Source: a virus
Reading direction: 5' to 3' (one strand)
Length of the DNA stretch: 64,000 nucleotides
IMG/VR virus record: IMGVR_UViG_3300017989_000082
Location: 32,333-96,332 of that record
Numbering within the stretch: the first letter of the stretch is position 1; the number at the start of each line of letters is the position of its first letter. This document shows positions 38,067 through 47,794 of this stretch, piece by piece. Under the pieces are notes generated by a model. It did no database searches. It worked only from the letters and a program-made list of their open reading frames with translations, and was not told where the DNA came from. The position numbers and the translations under genes are program-made.

Positions 38067-38786
38067 ATGGATCCATTCTCCGTAATACTGATATCGTATT
38101 TCAAATTGCATAGGCTGAGGGCGTGTGTTGATTCAATGCTTGGGCAAATGCGCCCGTGCGACGAACTTGTCATCATTGACAACTCTGTCAGCACTGCCGG
38201 TGAAGTGGATCTAGAATTGAGAGAATATCTTGGTGATGTTTTTAATAGGAACTTTGATGATGACTCTCCTGCAATTAGCATATATTTGAATAAATGGAAC
38301 CATTTTTTTACAAGCTCGGTTAATGAGGGCATAAGAAAAAGCAGCAACGAATATATCTTCCTTGTAAATAATGATACCGAGGTTGTTACTCCAAATACAT
38401 TTAAGACCCTCATTAATTTTGCAAAAACTGATCCGACCATTGCCACGGTCACGCCCGTTACGCTTCAGAGTAATGACAGTGTGTATTGCAGCGGAGCTTA
38501 TGGCGGTGGAGCACACAAAAAAGATAAAATAAAAGAGCCGCGGGAAGCAGAATGGAGCAATTTCGCTTTCGTGCTTATTAAAAGAAAAGTCATAGAGAAA
38601 ATTGGCCCAATGGCTCTTGGCAGAAAAAAAGTCGGTACAAGGGAGGTTGAATTAACCCATTATCATTCGGATGAAGAATTCTGTAGAAGAGCCACAGGGC
38701 ATGGTTTTACTCATTGGGTCCACCCCTTGATTGTTAGACACTATCACAAAGAGGATGAAACATGGCAACATGGCAATACTGGTTAG
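38067..38786 (+). CDS. glycosyltransferase family 2
   Basis: SVILISY, VIIDNS, NEGI...YIFLVNND and SDEEFCRRA. Confidence 0.88.
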   Translation: MDPFSVILISYFKLHRLRACVDSMLGQMRPCDELVIIDNSVSTAGEVDLELREYLGDVFNRNFDDDSPAISIYLNKWNHFFTSSVNEGIRKSSNEYIFLVNNDTEVVTPNTFKTLINFAKTDPTIATVTPVTLQSNDSVYCSGAYGGGAHKKDKIKEPREAEWSNFAFVLIKRKVIEKIGPMALGRKKVGTREVELTHYHSDEEFCRRATGHGFTHWVHPLIVRHYHKEDETWQHGNTG

Positions 38787-39301
38787 GGTGGGGAATTGTA
38801 TTTATACTGTCGGTTACTGTGGTGTTCGGTGCGGTATATTTTGCCGTACATTTATTTGTTAAACTTTTGAAAAGAAAAGGAGCATTTGGTATGGAAACAA
38901 CAGTTAAGGCCCGTGGCCTGCACGCAATTGTGGACCTTGCTGGCTGTCCATCAGGCCTGCTCGGGGACCAAGAAATACTCACCAGTATCATGAGGGAAGC
39001 AGCCAACAAAGCACAGGCAACAATCATGAAGGTGGTAAGTTACCGGCTAGGTGGTCCTCCCAGCCTGCACCCTGCCGCAAAGAAGACTCCTGACGGCATC
39101 AGCGTATACGTTGGCCTTGATGAAAGCCATGTCACCTGTCACACTTATCAGGAGGACGGCCTTATTGCCATAGATATTTTTGTCTGTGGTCGTAATGCGA
39201 TTGCCCGCGCCGCGGTAGGGTATTTATTGAAGGAGATTCCACATAAAAAACAAAGCGTGCATTACATTAACAGGTTTGTGGAGGAAGATGATAATGAATA
39301 A
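38762..39301 (+). CDS. speD: S-adenosylmethionine decarboxylase proenzyme homologue, possibly with an N-terminal TM segment
   Basis: GLHAIVDLAGC...LDESHVTCHTYQE...IDIFVCG. The second start ATG 38891 has an AAGGAG RBS. Confidence 0.88.
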   Translation: MATWQYWLGWGIVFILSVTVVFGAVYFAVHLFVKLLKRKGAFGMETTVKARGLHAIVDLAGCPSGLLGDQEILTSIMREAANKAQATIMKVVSYRLGGPPSLHPAAKKTPDGISVYVGLDESHVTCHTYQEDGLIAIDIFVCGRNAIARAAVGYLLKEIPHKKQSVHYINRFVEEDDNE

Positions 39302-39509
39302 GGGAATAAAAATTGTCAACGATACTGGTAACCCAATTGATACGAAAATTTATGATTCTGATGGCAACGATATTTCTTCTGCTCTTCAGGTCCGTAAAAT
39401 ATCCATTGACATCACTAGATACAGATTAGAGGCTATCCTGATTTGCGTTGACCCAACTATCAGCCTGCGGGGCGTTGAGGGAATTGCTATTAAGGAGGAG
39501 GAGCCGTAA
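39294..39509 (+). CDS. small hypothetical protein
   Basis: GGAGG RBS; fills the gap and is TAATG-coupled to the next gene. Confidence 0.6.
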   Translation: MNKGIKIVNDTGNPIDTKIYDSDGNDISSALQVRKISIDITRYRLEAILICVDPTISLRGVEGIAIKEEEP

Positions 39510-40189
39510 TGGACATTCATGTCCTAACACCGTTTTATCGTGACTATTTGGCTCCTACACTTATTCATTACCTGGAGCCAATGGGAATAATATGGCATCC
39601 CATTGTGACGGTTGAAGAAAGATGGCCTACGGTAGCGCAGGCTAAGGGCCACAAAAAACAAAAATATTGGATTCATCCGTTAGTTGTTCCAAAGCTTGCT
39701 CCCGGTATGAATGCCTTTAAGAAAATTAACGACTTCATTGAGATGCGCCATATTGTTGACGATGATTATTATGGCTTCATGTGCGATGATAACATGTACT
39801 CCCCTAATTTCTTTGATGTAATTCGCCAGCAAACAGCTAAGATTCTCATGTTCTCAATGTACCGTGGTGATACGGTTCCTGATCGAAAGGGAGAGGTGCC
39901 ACACCATGCCACTACCCTAAGAATTGCTGAACCGTGGGATGTGCGCCACGGCAACATTGATATCATGCAGTATATTATCAAGGGAGAAATATTCAGAAAG
40001 TATCGTTTTGATGTGTACGATCATGCTTACAGTGATGGCCACTACGCTGAGCGCCTGAAGTTTCAACACCCGGATGATATTCAGTTTCTCCCTAACCTAT
40101 ATTGTTTTTTCAATTATTTTCAGCCGGGTCGCTATACTGACCCGAGCAAATTTTTAGATCCTACATGGAAAATGCCTAAGTTTGTATGA
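39509..40189 (+). CDS. GT-A-fold glycosyltransferase-like protein, paralogue 1
   Basis: IHVLTPFYR, YYGFMCDDN and SDGHY. Confidence 0.7.
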   Translation: MDIHVLTPFYRDYLAPTLIHYLEPMGIIWHPIVTVEERWPTVAQAKGHKKQKYWIHPLVVPKLAPGMNAFKKINDFIEMRHIVDDDYYGFMCDDNMYSPNFFDVIRQQTAKILMFSMYRGDTVPDRKGEVPHHATTLRIAEPWDVRHGNIDIMQYIIKGEIFRKYRFDVYDHAYSDGHYAERLKFQHPDDIQFLPNLYCFFNYFQPGRYTDPSKFLDPTWKMPKFV

Positions 40190-40201
40190 GCGGAGTGATA
40201 A

Positions 40202-40819
40202 ATGAGAACATGTAAGATAAAAAATTGTGATAAAAAACATCACGGGAGGGGATATTGCAAAAGGCATTATTTACAATTAAAAAGATATGGAAAAATTTTA
40301 AAAAGAACAAGGCGTGATCCAAATAGGTTTATTTTTGAAAAGAATATTTGTAAGATAGAATTATATAATCATAAAAATGAAGTGGTTGGGTATGGAATAA
40401 TAGATAAAGAAGATTATAGAAAAATCAAAAAATATAAGTGGTGTTTATCGCCACAAGGGTATGTTGTTACTTGGGATGGAAAAAGATTGCATAGACTTAT
40501 AAATAATACTTTCTATAATTATGACACTGATCATATTGATAACAATAAACTAAACAATAGAAAGGAAAATCTTAGAGTTTGCACTAAGCTGGAGAATTCA
40601 AGGAATGTTGGCTTGAGTAGTAATAACTCTTCTGGATTTAAAGGTGTGTGGTGGGAAAATGGAAATAAAAAATGGAGAGCATTAATAAATGCTAATGGTA
40701 TGGCAATTCATTTAGGGTGCTTTGCGAATAAAAATGATGCTGCCAGAGCATATAACTGTGCAGCCATTAAATATCATGGTGAATTTGCAAAACTCAACAG
40801 AGTAAGGATGGCAATATGA
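40202..40819 (+). mobile_element. free-standing HNH-AP2 homing endonuclease
   Basis: N-terminal CxxxxC...CxxHY, then DHIDNNKLNNRKENLR, then AP2 SGFKGV...HLG.F...AARAYN...HGEFA. Markedly AT-rich. Confidence 0.92.
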
Positions 40820-41475
40820 AAGACATTCATGTGTTGACACCGTTTTACAGAACTCATTTGGCCCCAACCCTTATTCATTATCTTGAGCCTATGGGGGTGC
40901 AGTGGTATCCTATTTGCGAAGATAGACATTATAGTAGTGAGTTTTCTTCCCGTAATTGGATTACCCCTCTTCTTGTTGATGCTCTTTCTGAGAGCGATCA
41001 GTGTTATATTCGCTTTAATCAATTTCAGGATGCTCATTTGGTAGACGATAATGATTATTATTGTTTCATGGGCGATGACGACGCATACGAGCCGGGCTTT
41101 TTTGATATCATCAGAAGACAAACGGCTAAGATTCTCATTGTCTCTCTTTCTCGCGGCGATAGAATACCTGAGTGTGACCCTGAAAAGCACCCGACCAACC
41201 CGCTTATCATGAATAGCATTCGTGATGTGCAGGTATGCAATATTGGTTTGCCGCAGTATATTATTAAGGGGGAAATATTTAAACAGATGCGTTTCCGAAA
41301 TGACCACTGCTGGAATGATGGCCACTTTGCCGAGAAGCTTAAAGAGTGGTTCCCGAACGACTTTCACTTCTTGCCTGACACATTCGTTTTCGGAAATTAT
41401 TTTCAAGAGGGAAGGTATTTCGGAACACAATGGATGTTGAAACCAACATGGCGGCACCCGAGGATAATTAAATGA
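40816..41475 (+). CDS. GT-A-fold glycosyltransferase-like protein, paralogue 2
   Basis: Collinear with the 39509 ORF (DIHVLTPFYR..LAPTLIHYLEPMG; FMGDDD). Confidence 0.7.
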   Translation: MKDIHVLTPFYRTHLAPTLIHYLEPMGVQWYPICEDRHYSSEFSSRNWITPLLVDALSESDQCYIRFNQFQDAHLVDDNDYYCFMGDDDAYEPGFFDIIRRQTAKILIVSLSRGDRIPECDPEKHPTNPLIMNSIRDVQVCNIGLPQYIIKGEIFKQMRFRNDHCWNDGHFAEKLKEWFPNDFHFLPDTFVFGNYFQEGRYFGTQWMLKPTWRHPRIIK

Positions 41476-42443
41476 AACGCTTTCGTGAAAAAAATGTTGA
41501 ACCGCTTGGCCCTGCCCTTCCATTAAGTACGCCATGGGTAATTAATGTTGATCCATCATCAATGTGTGATCTGAGATGCAAATATTGCTTTCACTATAAA
41601 AACAGAAACCCGAAGAATTATGGCATGATGGAGTGGAGTCTTTACAGGAAGCTCATTAGCGACATAAAGAAATTTCCCCGTAAGCTTAAAACATTGCGCC
41701 TGTATGCTTTTGGCGAGCCAATGATGAATCCATTATTTGCTGATATGGTTCGCTTGGCTAAAGATGAAAATGTATCTTTTGACATTGACACCACTACAAA
41801 TGGAATGTTTTTAAACCCATCAAGAAACCTTGATATAATCAATGCCGGTATTGATAGAATCAATTTATCGGTAGTTGGCGTGAGTGACTCGAAATATTTG
41901 GAATTCTCTGGAAGAAAGGTTAATTTTGTTAAGTTCGTCGAAAACGTTTCGCACCTGTATCACAACAGAAGACAATGCATACTGTTTATTAAGCTCAATG
42001 GCGATATTGTTTCAACAGAAGATCAGGAAAAGTTTCTTGAAATATTTACACCAATCTGCGATGGCATAGCCGTTGAGCATGTTATGGATTGTTGGTATGA
42101 TTTTAAAATGGAAGGAATTATTCGCAACAAGGATGTTGGCGTTTACGGCCAGCCGTTAACGAAGGTTGATGTGTGCCCGTATATATTTTACTCCTTCTGT
42201 GTTCAGTATGATGGCGAGGTTAGTGCCTGCTTTTTGGATTGGAACAGGAAGCTTATTATTGGCGACGCTAAGAAAGAAAAGCTTAAAGATATTTGGAATG
42301 GTAAATCCCTAAGAGGCATTCGTAAACTCATGTTGTGTAAGCAAAGGGATTGCATAATTGCCTGTAAAGGTTGTAATCAGCTTGAGGCTGGGAACCCTGT
42401 TAATATTGATCCCCTGGCAAAGGAGCTATTGGAGAAGATATGA
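41472..42443 (+). CDS. radical SAM protein with SPASM/twitch domain
   Basis: CDLRCKYC, FGEPM and CPYIF...GEVSAC...CKGC. Confidence 0.92.
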   Translation: MKRFREKNVEPLGPALPLSTPWVINVDPSSMCDLRCKYCFHYKNRNPKNYGMMEWSLYRKLISDIKKFPRKLKTLRLYAFGEPMMNPLFADMVRLAKDENVSFDIDTTTNGMFLNPSRNLDIINAGIDRINLSVVGVSDSKYLEFSGRKVNFVKFVENVSHLYHNRRQCILFIKLNGDIVSTEDQEKFLEIFTPICDGIAVEHVMDCWYDFKMEGIIRNKDVGVYGQPLTKVDVCPYIFYSFCVQYDGEVSACFLDWNRKLIIGDAKKEKLKDIWNGKSLRGIRKLMLCKQRDCIIACKGCNQLEAGNPVNIDPLAKELLEKI

Positions 42444-43633
42444 GTTGTCCAGTATGCGGTAATTTGTCTATTGATGAAATTCTGTTTCTTGAGTGTGGGA
42501 AGTTTGATGACTCGCCAATATATGACCCCCTCAGGATTGCGACCTGCACTGTCTGCGGGCATGTTTATAATTTGCTGACTGAAAACGAAATATTGGGGTT
42601 GATGCAATACTATGAGACAGAATATGCAATGAATAATCTATACTCCCCAAACATCAATGGGGATACACCAGGAAGCATAGGGCGTAATAGTGTGGAACGG
42701 TACGCTTTGCTTTATGAATTCATTAGCGGTTGGATTACCCGCCACGATCGGGTTCTTGATGTAGGGTGTGCGGCAGGTGGTTTCCTGCAAACACTTAAGA
42801 AGATGAACTATAGGCACTTATCAGGAATTGAATTTTCAGAACCTTATGTTGAGGCGGCATCAAAACTTCCCGATATAGAGATAAAAAAAGGCATTGCGGA
42901 AGAAATTCCCTACGATAATGACAGCTTTGATTTCGTTGTTGCCGATCAGGTTGTAGAGCACCTTGCTGATCCAAGCTCTATATTCAAAGAAGCAAGGCGT
43001 GTGCTTGATGACAGGGGACTTCTTTGCATTAGCGTTCCCAATGCCATATTTTACGAGGAAACACACTTTTTTGATTTTTACTGGTTTCTCATGCGGGAGC
43101 ATATTCAACATTTCGACTTAATACATTTGGCCATGATTGCTGAAAAACATGGCTTCACCCTTATTGACAGCAAGACTACATTTTCAAATATGATTAGCGA
43201 TCGCTCTATTCTCCCTAACCTTTCCACACTGTTCATGCTGAAAGATACTAATGTTTGTAGGTCTTGGCTGCCATCAGGTCTTGGCGAAAAAATGAAGAGC
43301 TACATTAAAACCAGCTATGAAGATTTGAACAAGAAAAGAAGGTTTATCGGCCATATGGCCGATACGAAAATGCCGCTTTATGTTTATGGCATAGGCAGGG
43401 AGTTTATGTACCTGTATAAAAACACTCGCCTTCCTGAATGCGAAATTCCTGGCCTCATTGATGACACCAAATATAAACAGGATTTCCTCAAGTTTGATGG
43501 AAGAAATATCCTTGGAAGCGAATTTATAAAATATACCAGTGAAAATGTAATAATTACTGCTACGGCCCATTCAGCGAAGCTTAAGGCAAGGCTCAACGAT
43601 TTAGATGTCAAGGGAAAGATCATTGAGATATGA
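42440..43633 (+). CDS. class I SAM methyltransferase with N-terminal Zn site (sugar C-methyltransferase-like)
   Basis: CPVC...CTVC, VLDVGCAAG, VVEH, EHIQHF and a C-terminal VYGIG Rossmann-like domain. Confidence 0.85.
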   Translation: MSCPVCGNLSIDEILFLECGKFDDSPIYDPLRIATCTVCGHVYNLLTENEILGLMQYYETEYAMNNLYSPNINGDTPGSIGRNSVERYALLYEFISGWITRHDRVLDVGCAAGGFLQTLKKMNYRHLSGIEFSEPYVEAASKLPDIEIKKGIAEEIPYDNDSFDFVVADQVVEHLADPSSIFKEARRVLDDRGLLCISVPNAIFYEETHFFDFYWFLMREHIQHFDLIHLAMIAEKHGFTLIDSKTTFSNMISDRSILPNLSTLFMLKDTNVCRSWLPSGLGEKMKSYIKTSYEDLNKKRRFIGHMADTKMPLYVYGIGREFMYLYKNTRLPECEIPGLIDDTKYKQDFLKFDGRNILGSEFIKYTSENVIITATAHSAKLKARLNDLDVKGKIIEI

Positions 43634-44910
43634 AACATGAAATACTCCATATAGCGGTTCATCTGGGTGGCGGCGTAGGGTCAGTTGTTATGAATTGGAT
43701 TAACACTGACACCATTAATAACCATACTGTTCTCTGCTTAAACGAGAACTACTATTACAAGGAGAAGTTTCCAGAAGATACCGTTAAAGAAAAAATGAGA
43801 GGCAGAACCGGAGAAATTCTTAATCATATAAGCAATTCAGATGTTGTAGTGGTTCACTTTTGGAATCACCCCATGTTGTACGAGCTTCTTGTCAACACCT
43901 ATCTGCCGCCTTGCAGGCTGGTGATGTGGTCGCATGTTTCAGGGTTGAGCGCGCCATATGTGTTCCCGCATAAACTTATAGAAATGTCTGATTGCTTCAT
44001 ATTTTCATCTCCTATAAGTTACAAGGCGAAAGAAATTGAAAGCTTGCCCGCTAAACAACGCCGGAAGCTAAGCCATATATGGACAACTGGTGACATTAAT
44101 AACTATTCAGAAATTGAACCGCTTAAACACGACGGCTTCAACATTGGCTTTATTGGCACATTGGATTATTCAAAGCTACACCCAAACTTCATAGATTTCT
44201 GTAGTAGGATTAACATACCAGATGTGAAGTTCATCATGTGCGGCACTGGCTGCGATGAAGAGCTTATTCGGCGACAAGTCAAAGACCGCGGCATGGGGGA
44301 CAAATTCATCTTTACTGGCATTATTGAAGACATCAAGCCCTATCTTGCTATTATTGATGTGTTTGGCTACCCGCTTAACCCGAATCACTTTGGAACCTGC
44401 GAGCAAGTACTTGGCGAGGCTATTGCCGCGGGGGTTATTCCGGTTGTCATGAAAAACCCTGCCGAGGAATATATACTTTACCAGAGCATTGTCAAGTTTG
44501 TTTGCAGTACTGAAGAAGACTACATAAACAACATTGAGCTGTTATACCGTGATCGGAAGGAGCGGGCCAAACTTATTTCATACATCCAGAAGCATGTAGT
44601 TGGCCTGTATGATACTGAAAAAATGGTGATGTCATGGAACCTTGTTTTCAGTGATATGATCAGTAATGTTAAGAAGACAAAAAAGGAATGGCCTAAGCCA
44701 AACCCCGATCAGGTATACTTAGGGCATAAAATATTTATTGAATCGCTTGGCGAGTATGGTAAAATACTCGAAGGGGGTTCGCACAAAATCATAAGAGCTC
44801 TTTTTGGTGAAAATCGCCAATGGAGAAGCAGAAGCAAGGGAAGTGTAATTCAATATTCAGAATGTTTTCCTCAAGATGCTACACTTAAGGAGTGGGCTAA
44901 GCTGATATGA
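43630..44910 (+). CDS. glycosyltransferase family 4-like (GT-B)
   Basis: HLGGGVG, IGFIGTLD and DVFGYP...EQVLGEAIAAG. Confidence 0.85.
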   Translation: MKHEILHIAVHLGGGVGSVVMNWINTDTINNHTVLCLNENYYYKEKFPEDTVKEKMRGRTGEILNHISNSDVVVVHFWNHPMLYELLVNTYLPPCRLVMWSHVSGLSAPYVFPHKLIEMSDCFIFSSPISYKAKEIESLPAKQRRKLSHIWTTGDINNYSEIEPLKHDGFNIGFIGTLDYSKLHPNFIDFCSRINIPDVKFIMCGTGCDEELIRRQVKDRGMGDKFIFTGIIEDIKPYLAIIDVFGYPLNPNHFGTCEQVLGEAIAAGVIPVVMKNPAEEYILYQSIVKFVCSTEEDYINNIELLYRDRKERAKLISYIQKHVVGLYDTEKMVMSWNLVFSDMISNVKKTKKEWPKPNPDQVYLGHKIFIESLGEYGKILEGGSHKIIRALFGENRQWRSRSKGSVIQYSECFPQDATLKEWAKLI

Positions 44911-45473
44911 ATATTTTCAGGGAAATTTTCAGTAAATACGATACCGATAAGGTGAATGGCTCATACGAGCTTGCTTATGAAGATTGTTTTGCTCAAATAA
45001 GGGAGAATGTAGAGCTTGTTTATGAAATAGGTGTTAACCGTGGCGGCAGTGTTCAGGCATGGCGGGAATATTTTCCGAATGCCTTTATTGTTGGCCTTGA
45101 GATCGAAAAACGTATTTACCCTGACTGGAGTGGCATTAAAATAGAGTTTGGCGATGCTACTGATTATGATTTTCTCGGTGATGTGCTGAAAAAATATGGC
45201 AAACCCGATATTGTTATTGATGATGGCTCACACTTCGGTAAGGATATTATTGCTACTCATAATTTTCTATGGCGGCACACCGAGCTATGTTATGTCATTG
45301 AAGACCTTGGCACCCAAGATCCTGATTATAAGAATGGCTTTTATATGCCCGGCGGGTTCTCTGCAATGACCTTGGTGGATACAATGATTGAAGAGTTAAT
45401 GTTTTGTAAAAGAAAATGCAGTGCCATTAAACTTTACCATTCAATCTGTTTCATGTTTAAGGGAATACAATGA
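44907..45473 (+). CDS. class I methyltransferase, MycE-like sugar O-methyltransferase
   Basis: TDK, EIGVNRGGS, DIVIDDGSH and YVIEDL. Confidence 0.82.
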   Translation: MNIFREIFSKYDTDKVNGSYELAYEDCFAQIRENVELVYEIGVNRGGSVQAWREYFPNAFIVGLEIEKRIYPDWSGIKIEFGDATDYDFLGDVLKKYGKPDIVIDDGSHFGKDIIATHNFLWRHTELCYVIEDLGTQDPDYKNGFYMPGGFSAMTLVDTMIEELMFCKRKCSAIKLYHSICFMFKGIQ

Positions 45474-46561
45474 ATATTTTCGACTTTAAAGGCAAAAACC
45501 TTATTGTTATCAGCGGCGAACCTGATACTGGTAAGACTACAATGGCAAGGGAGCTTCATGGCAAGCTTCCAAATTCAGTAATTTTGGAGACTGATTGGCT
45601 TATTATTAGCCACATTAATATGGGCATACTGATTCCACCGGAAAAATACAAAGACACATATGGGAAAAACCTTGGCGCTGTTATTAACGAAATGTGTCTT
45701 GCGTGGAGAAATGACTTGCGTGATTTGCTCAAATTTGAGTTGCAGATTTTGTATTTTAATAATGACACTGTAATCACCGAAGGCTATTTGTGGGGAATAC
45801 CAGAGTTCAGGTGCATACTGATTGACTATGAAAATGTTTGCTTTATTCATAGAAGGAAGGATCGACAATTTACAATAACTATGAACGAGCATGGAAAGAC
45901 TGTTGGAGACCTTGCCATAAAGGATCAGGCCAACGAAGTTATCCAAGCTATTAAGGCTGATGCCATTGAGCGTGTTATTCCATCATACGGATGGTATCAG
46001 AGTTTTGATTTCCTGCCCAAGCCTGCTTCCAGTAACAGTGCTGGAAAACTTGCGGCTTTAAATTTGCCAGAGCATATGCTTCACGATACCGTTCTGGACA
46101 TTGGCTGCAACACTGGCTACTTCAGCCTTGAATGTGCTAGGCGGGGTGCAAAGGTCATAGGAATTGAGAAGATTGAATTCATAGTGGACATTGCCAAGCG
46201 CATTCAGCGCAATATATATTTTCAACCCAACGTGCGCTTCTATGCCATGGATACCACGGATGACCTTTCCCAGCTTGGCCGCTTTACATATATTCTTGTG
46301 CTTGGCTTGTTTCACTATATTGTGGATCAGGAAGATACACTAAATAGATTAATGAATATACTTTTGCCAGAGGGAAAACTTAAGCTGGAAGTTGGAATAC
46401 ACCCTTCTGAAGCAAATAAAACCATCATTGTTGACGGCAAGTCTTATCCAACCTTGAAGCGCCTCGAAAGCTGGCTTAATGGTTACGACTACAACATTGT
46501 ACCATCCGTAAATCAGGCTGGCGACGCCTTCCCGCGGTCTATGGTTACGGTAACGAAATAA
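45470..46561 (+). CDS. P-loop kinase / class I methyltransferase fusion
   Basis: N-terminal SGEPDTGKTT; C-terminal VLDIGCNTGYFS and LGLFHY. Confidence 0.82.
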   Translation: MNIFDFKGKNLIVISGEPDTGKTTMARELHGKLPNSVILETDWLIISHINMGILIPPEKYKDTYGKNLGAVINEMCLAWRNDLRDLLKFELQILYFNNDTVITEGYLWGIPEFRCILIDYENVCFIHRRKDRQFTITMNEHGKTVGDLAIKDQANEVIQAIKADAIERVIPSYGWYQSFDFLPKPASSNSAGKLAALNLPEHMLHDTVLDIGCNTGYFSLECARRGAKVIGIEKIEFIVDIAKRIQRNIYFQPNVRFYAMDTTDDLSQLGRFTYILVLGLFHYIVDQEDTLNRLMNILLPEGKLKLEVGIHPSEANKTIIVDGKSYPTLKRLESWLNGYDYNIVPSVNQAGDAFPRSMVTVTK

Positions 46562-46569
46562 AAACGCCT

Positions 46570-47682
46570 GTGGTTGATAAAGAGTATTGGCCATGCTATT
46601 ATAAAACATACCCTTTAATTAAGGAGGCACCAGTGCGCTTTGATGTATTTAACCCATATAAAATGTTGGCCCATACCGATAAAATAAGCAAAATTCTAAA
46701 ATATGAAAACGAGCCACCAATCAGTGTCAGCATTGACCCTACCAGCAAGTGTAATCACAATTGTATGTGGTGCAGCAGCTCTGGTTACAGAATGGACAAC
46801 AAAAACGTAAGCCTGTCGCCTGATATATTGAGAGCCCTATGTAATGAATTTAAGGATATGGGAATTGAGGGGGTATATTTCGAGGGAGGCGGAGAGCCCC
46901 TATGCAACCTAAGCACTATTCACGCTATTGAAAACCTGAAGCGCCTTGAAATACCTACTGGTCTGATAACCAATGGCGTGCTCCTTAAGAAGGGAAGGGA
47001 TATGGACTCCCTTCTTGAGAGTTGTGAATTTATACGAATCAGTATTGATGCCGCCAGCGCTGAAACCTATTATCATATACGCGGTGCGAACGATTTTGAA
47101 ACAGTGAGAAGAAATGTTGAAGAACTTGCTCGGCGTAAAATAAATATTAAAAGCTCTTGTGAGATAGGGTTATCTTTCCTTATATATAAAAACAATTATA
47201 CCGAGATTGAACAATTTGTTCGTATCTTCAGGGATGCGGGGGCCAACTATATTCAATTCAAGCCCGTCATCATGAATGAAGATTGGCTTGATGATCGCCT
47301 ATATGATTACCTTACCTATCACTTGTGGATGGTTGAAAACAAATATGCCAGCCCCGAATTCAGGGTTACGGCAAACATACGACGGCTCCGTGAGGTTAGG
47401 GACAGGTATCAGCGGCTTTATGGGGAATGCCTTGGCCATAATCTTGTGGCAATTATCATGTCTTCTGGCGAGCTGAGCATATGCTGCCAGCACAGAGGAG
47501 TCAAACCTTTAACGTTTGGAAATCTTCGGGTAAATAGTTTTAGGGAGATATGGAATGGCAAGGCTAGGCAGGAAGCTATTAAGAAGATTAACCTCAGCAG
47601 ATGCCCTACCTGTAAATACGAGTCATATAATCAAATGCTCTGGGCTATGAAGTACCCTAACAAACATGCCTGCTTTCTATAA
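46570..47682 (+). CDS. radical SAM protein with SPASM/twitch domain
   Basis: CNHNCMWC, GGGEP and CLGH...GELSICC...CPTC. Confidence 0.92.
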   Translation: MVDKEYWPCYYKTYPLIKEAPVRFDVFNPYKMLAHTDKISKILKYENEPPISVSIDPTSKCNHNCMWCSSSGYRMDNKNVSLSPDILRALCNEFKDMGIEGVYFEGGGEPLCNLSTIHAIENLKRLEIPTGLITNGVLLKKGRDMDSLLESCEFIRISIDAASAETYYHIRGANDFETVRRNVEELARRKINIKSSCEIGLSFLIYKNNYTEIEQFVRIFRDAGANYIQFKPVIMNEDWLDDRLYDYLTYHLWMVENKYASPEFRVTANIRRLREVRDRYQRLYGECLGHNLVAIIMSSGELSICCQHRGVKPLTFGNLRVNSFREIWNGKARQEAIKKINLSRCPTCKYESYNQMLWAMKYPNKHACFL

Positions 47683-47685
47683 CGA

Positions 47686-47780
47686 GGCCCGTAGAAGCGC
47701 CTCAGAGCAAAAAGAAGGGCCGAAGCGGGCCTGAACCCGCCCCGGCCCATGAAAAGGCGTCTGAGGGCATCCTGATGGCC
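47686..47780. terminator. nested inverted repeat at the convergence of the two arms
   Basis: Nested pairs GGCC/GGCC, CCTCAGA/TCTGAGG, GGGCCG/CGGCCC and GCGGG/CCCGC. On the minus strand a U-tract follows the inner stem. Confidence 0.75.
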
Positions 47781-47794
47781 AATGCTGGTGTTTT

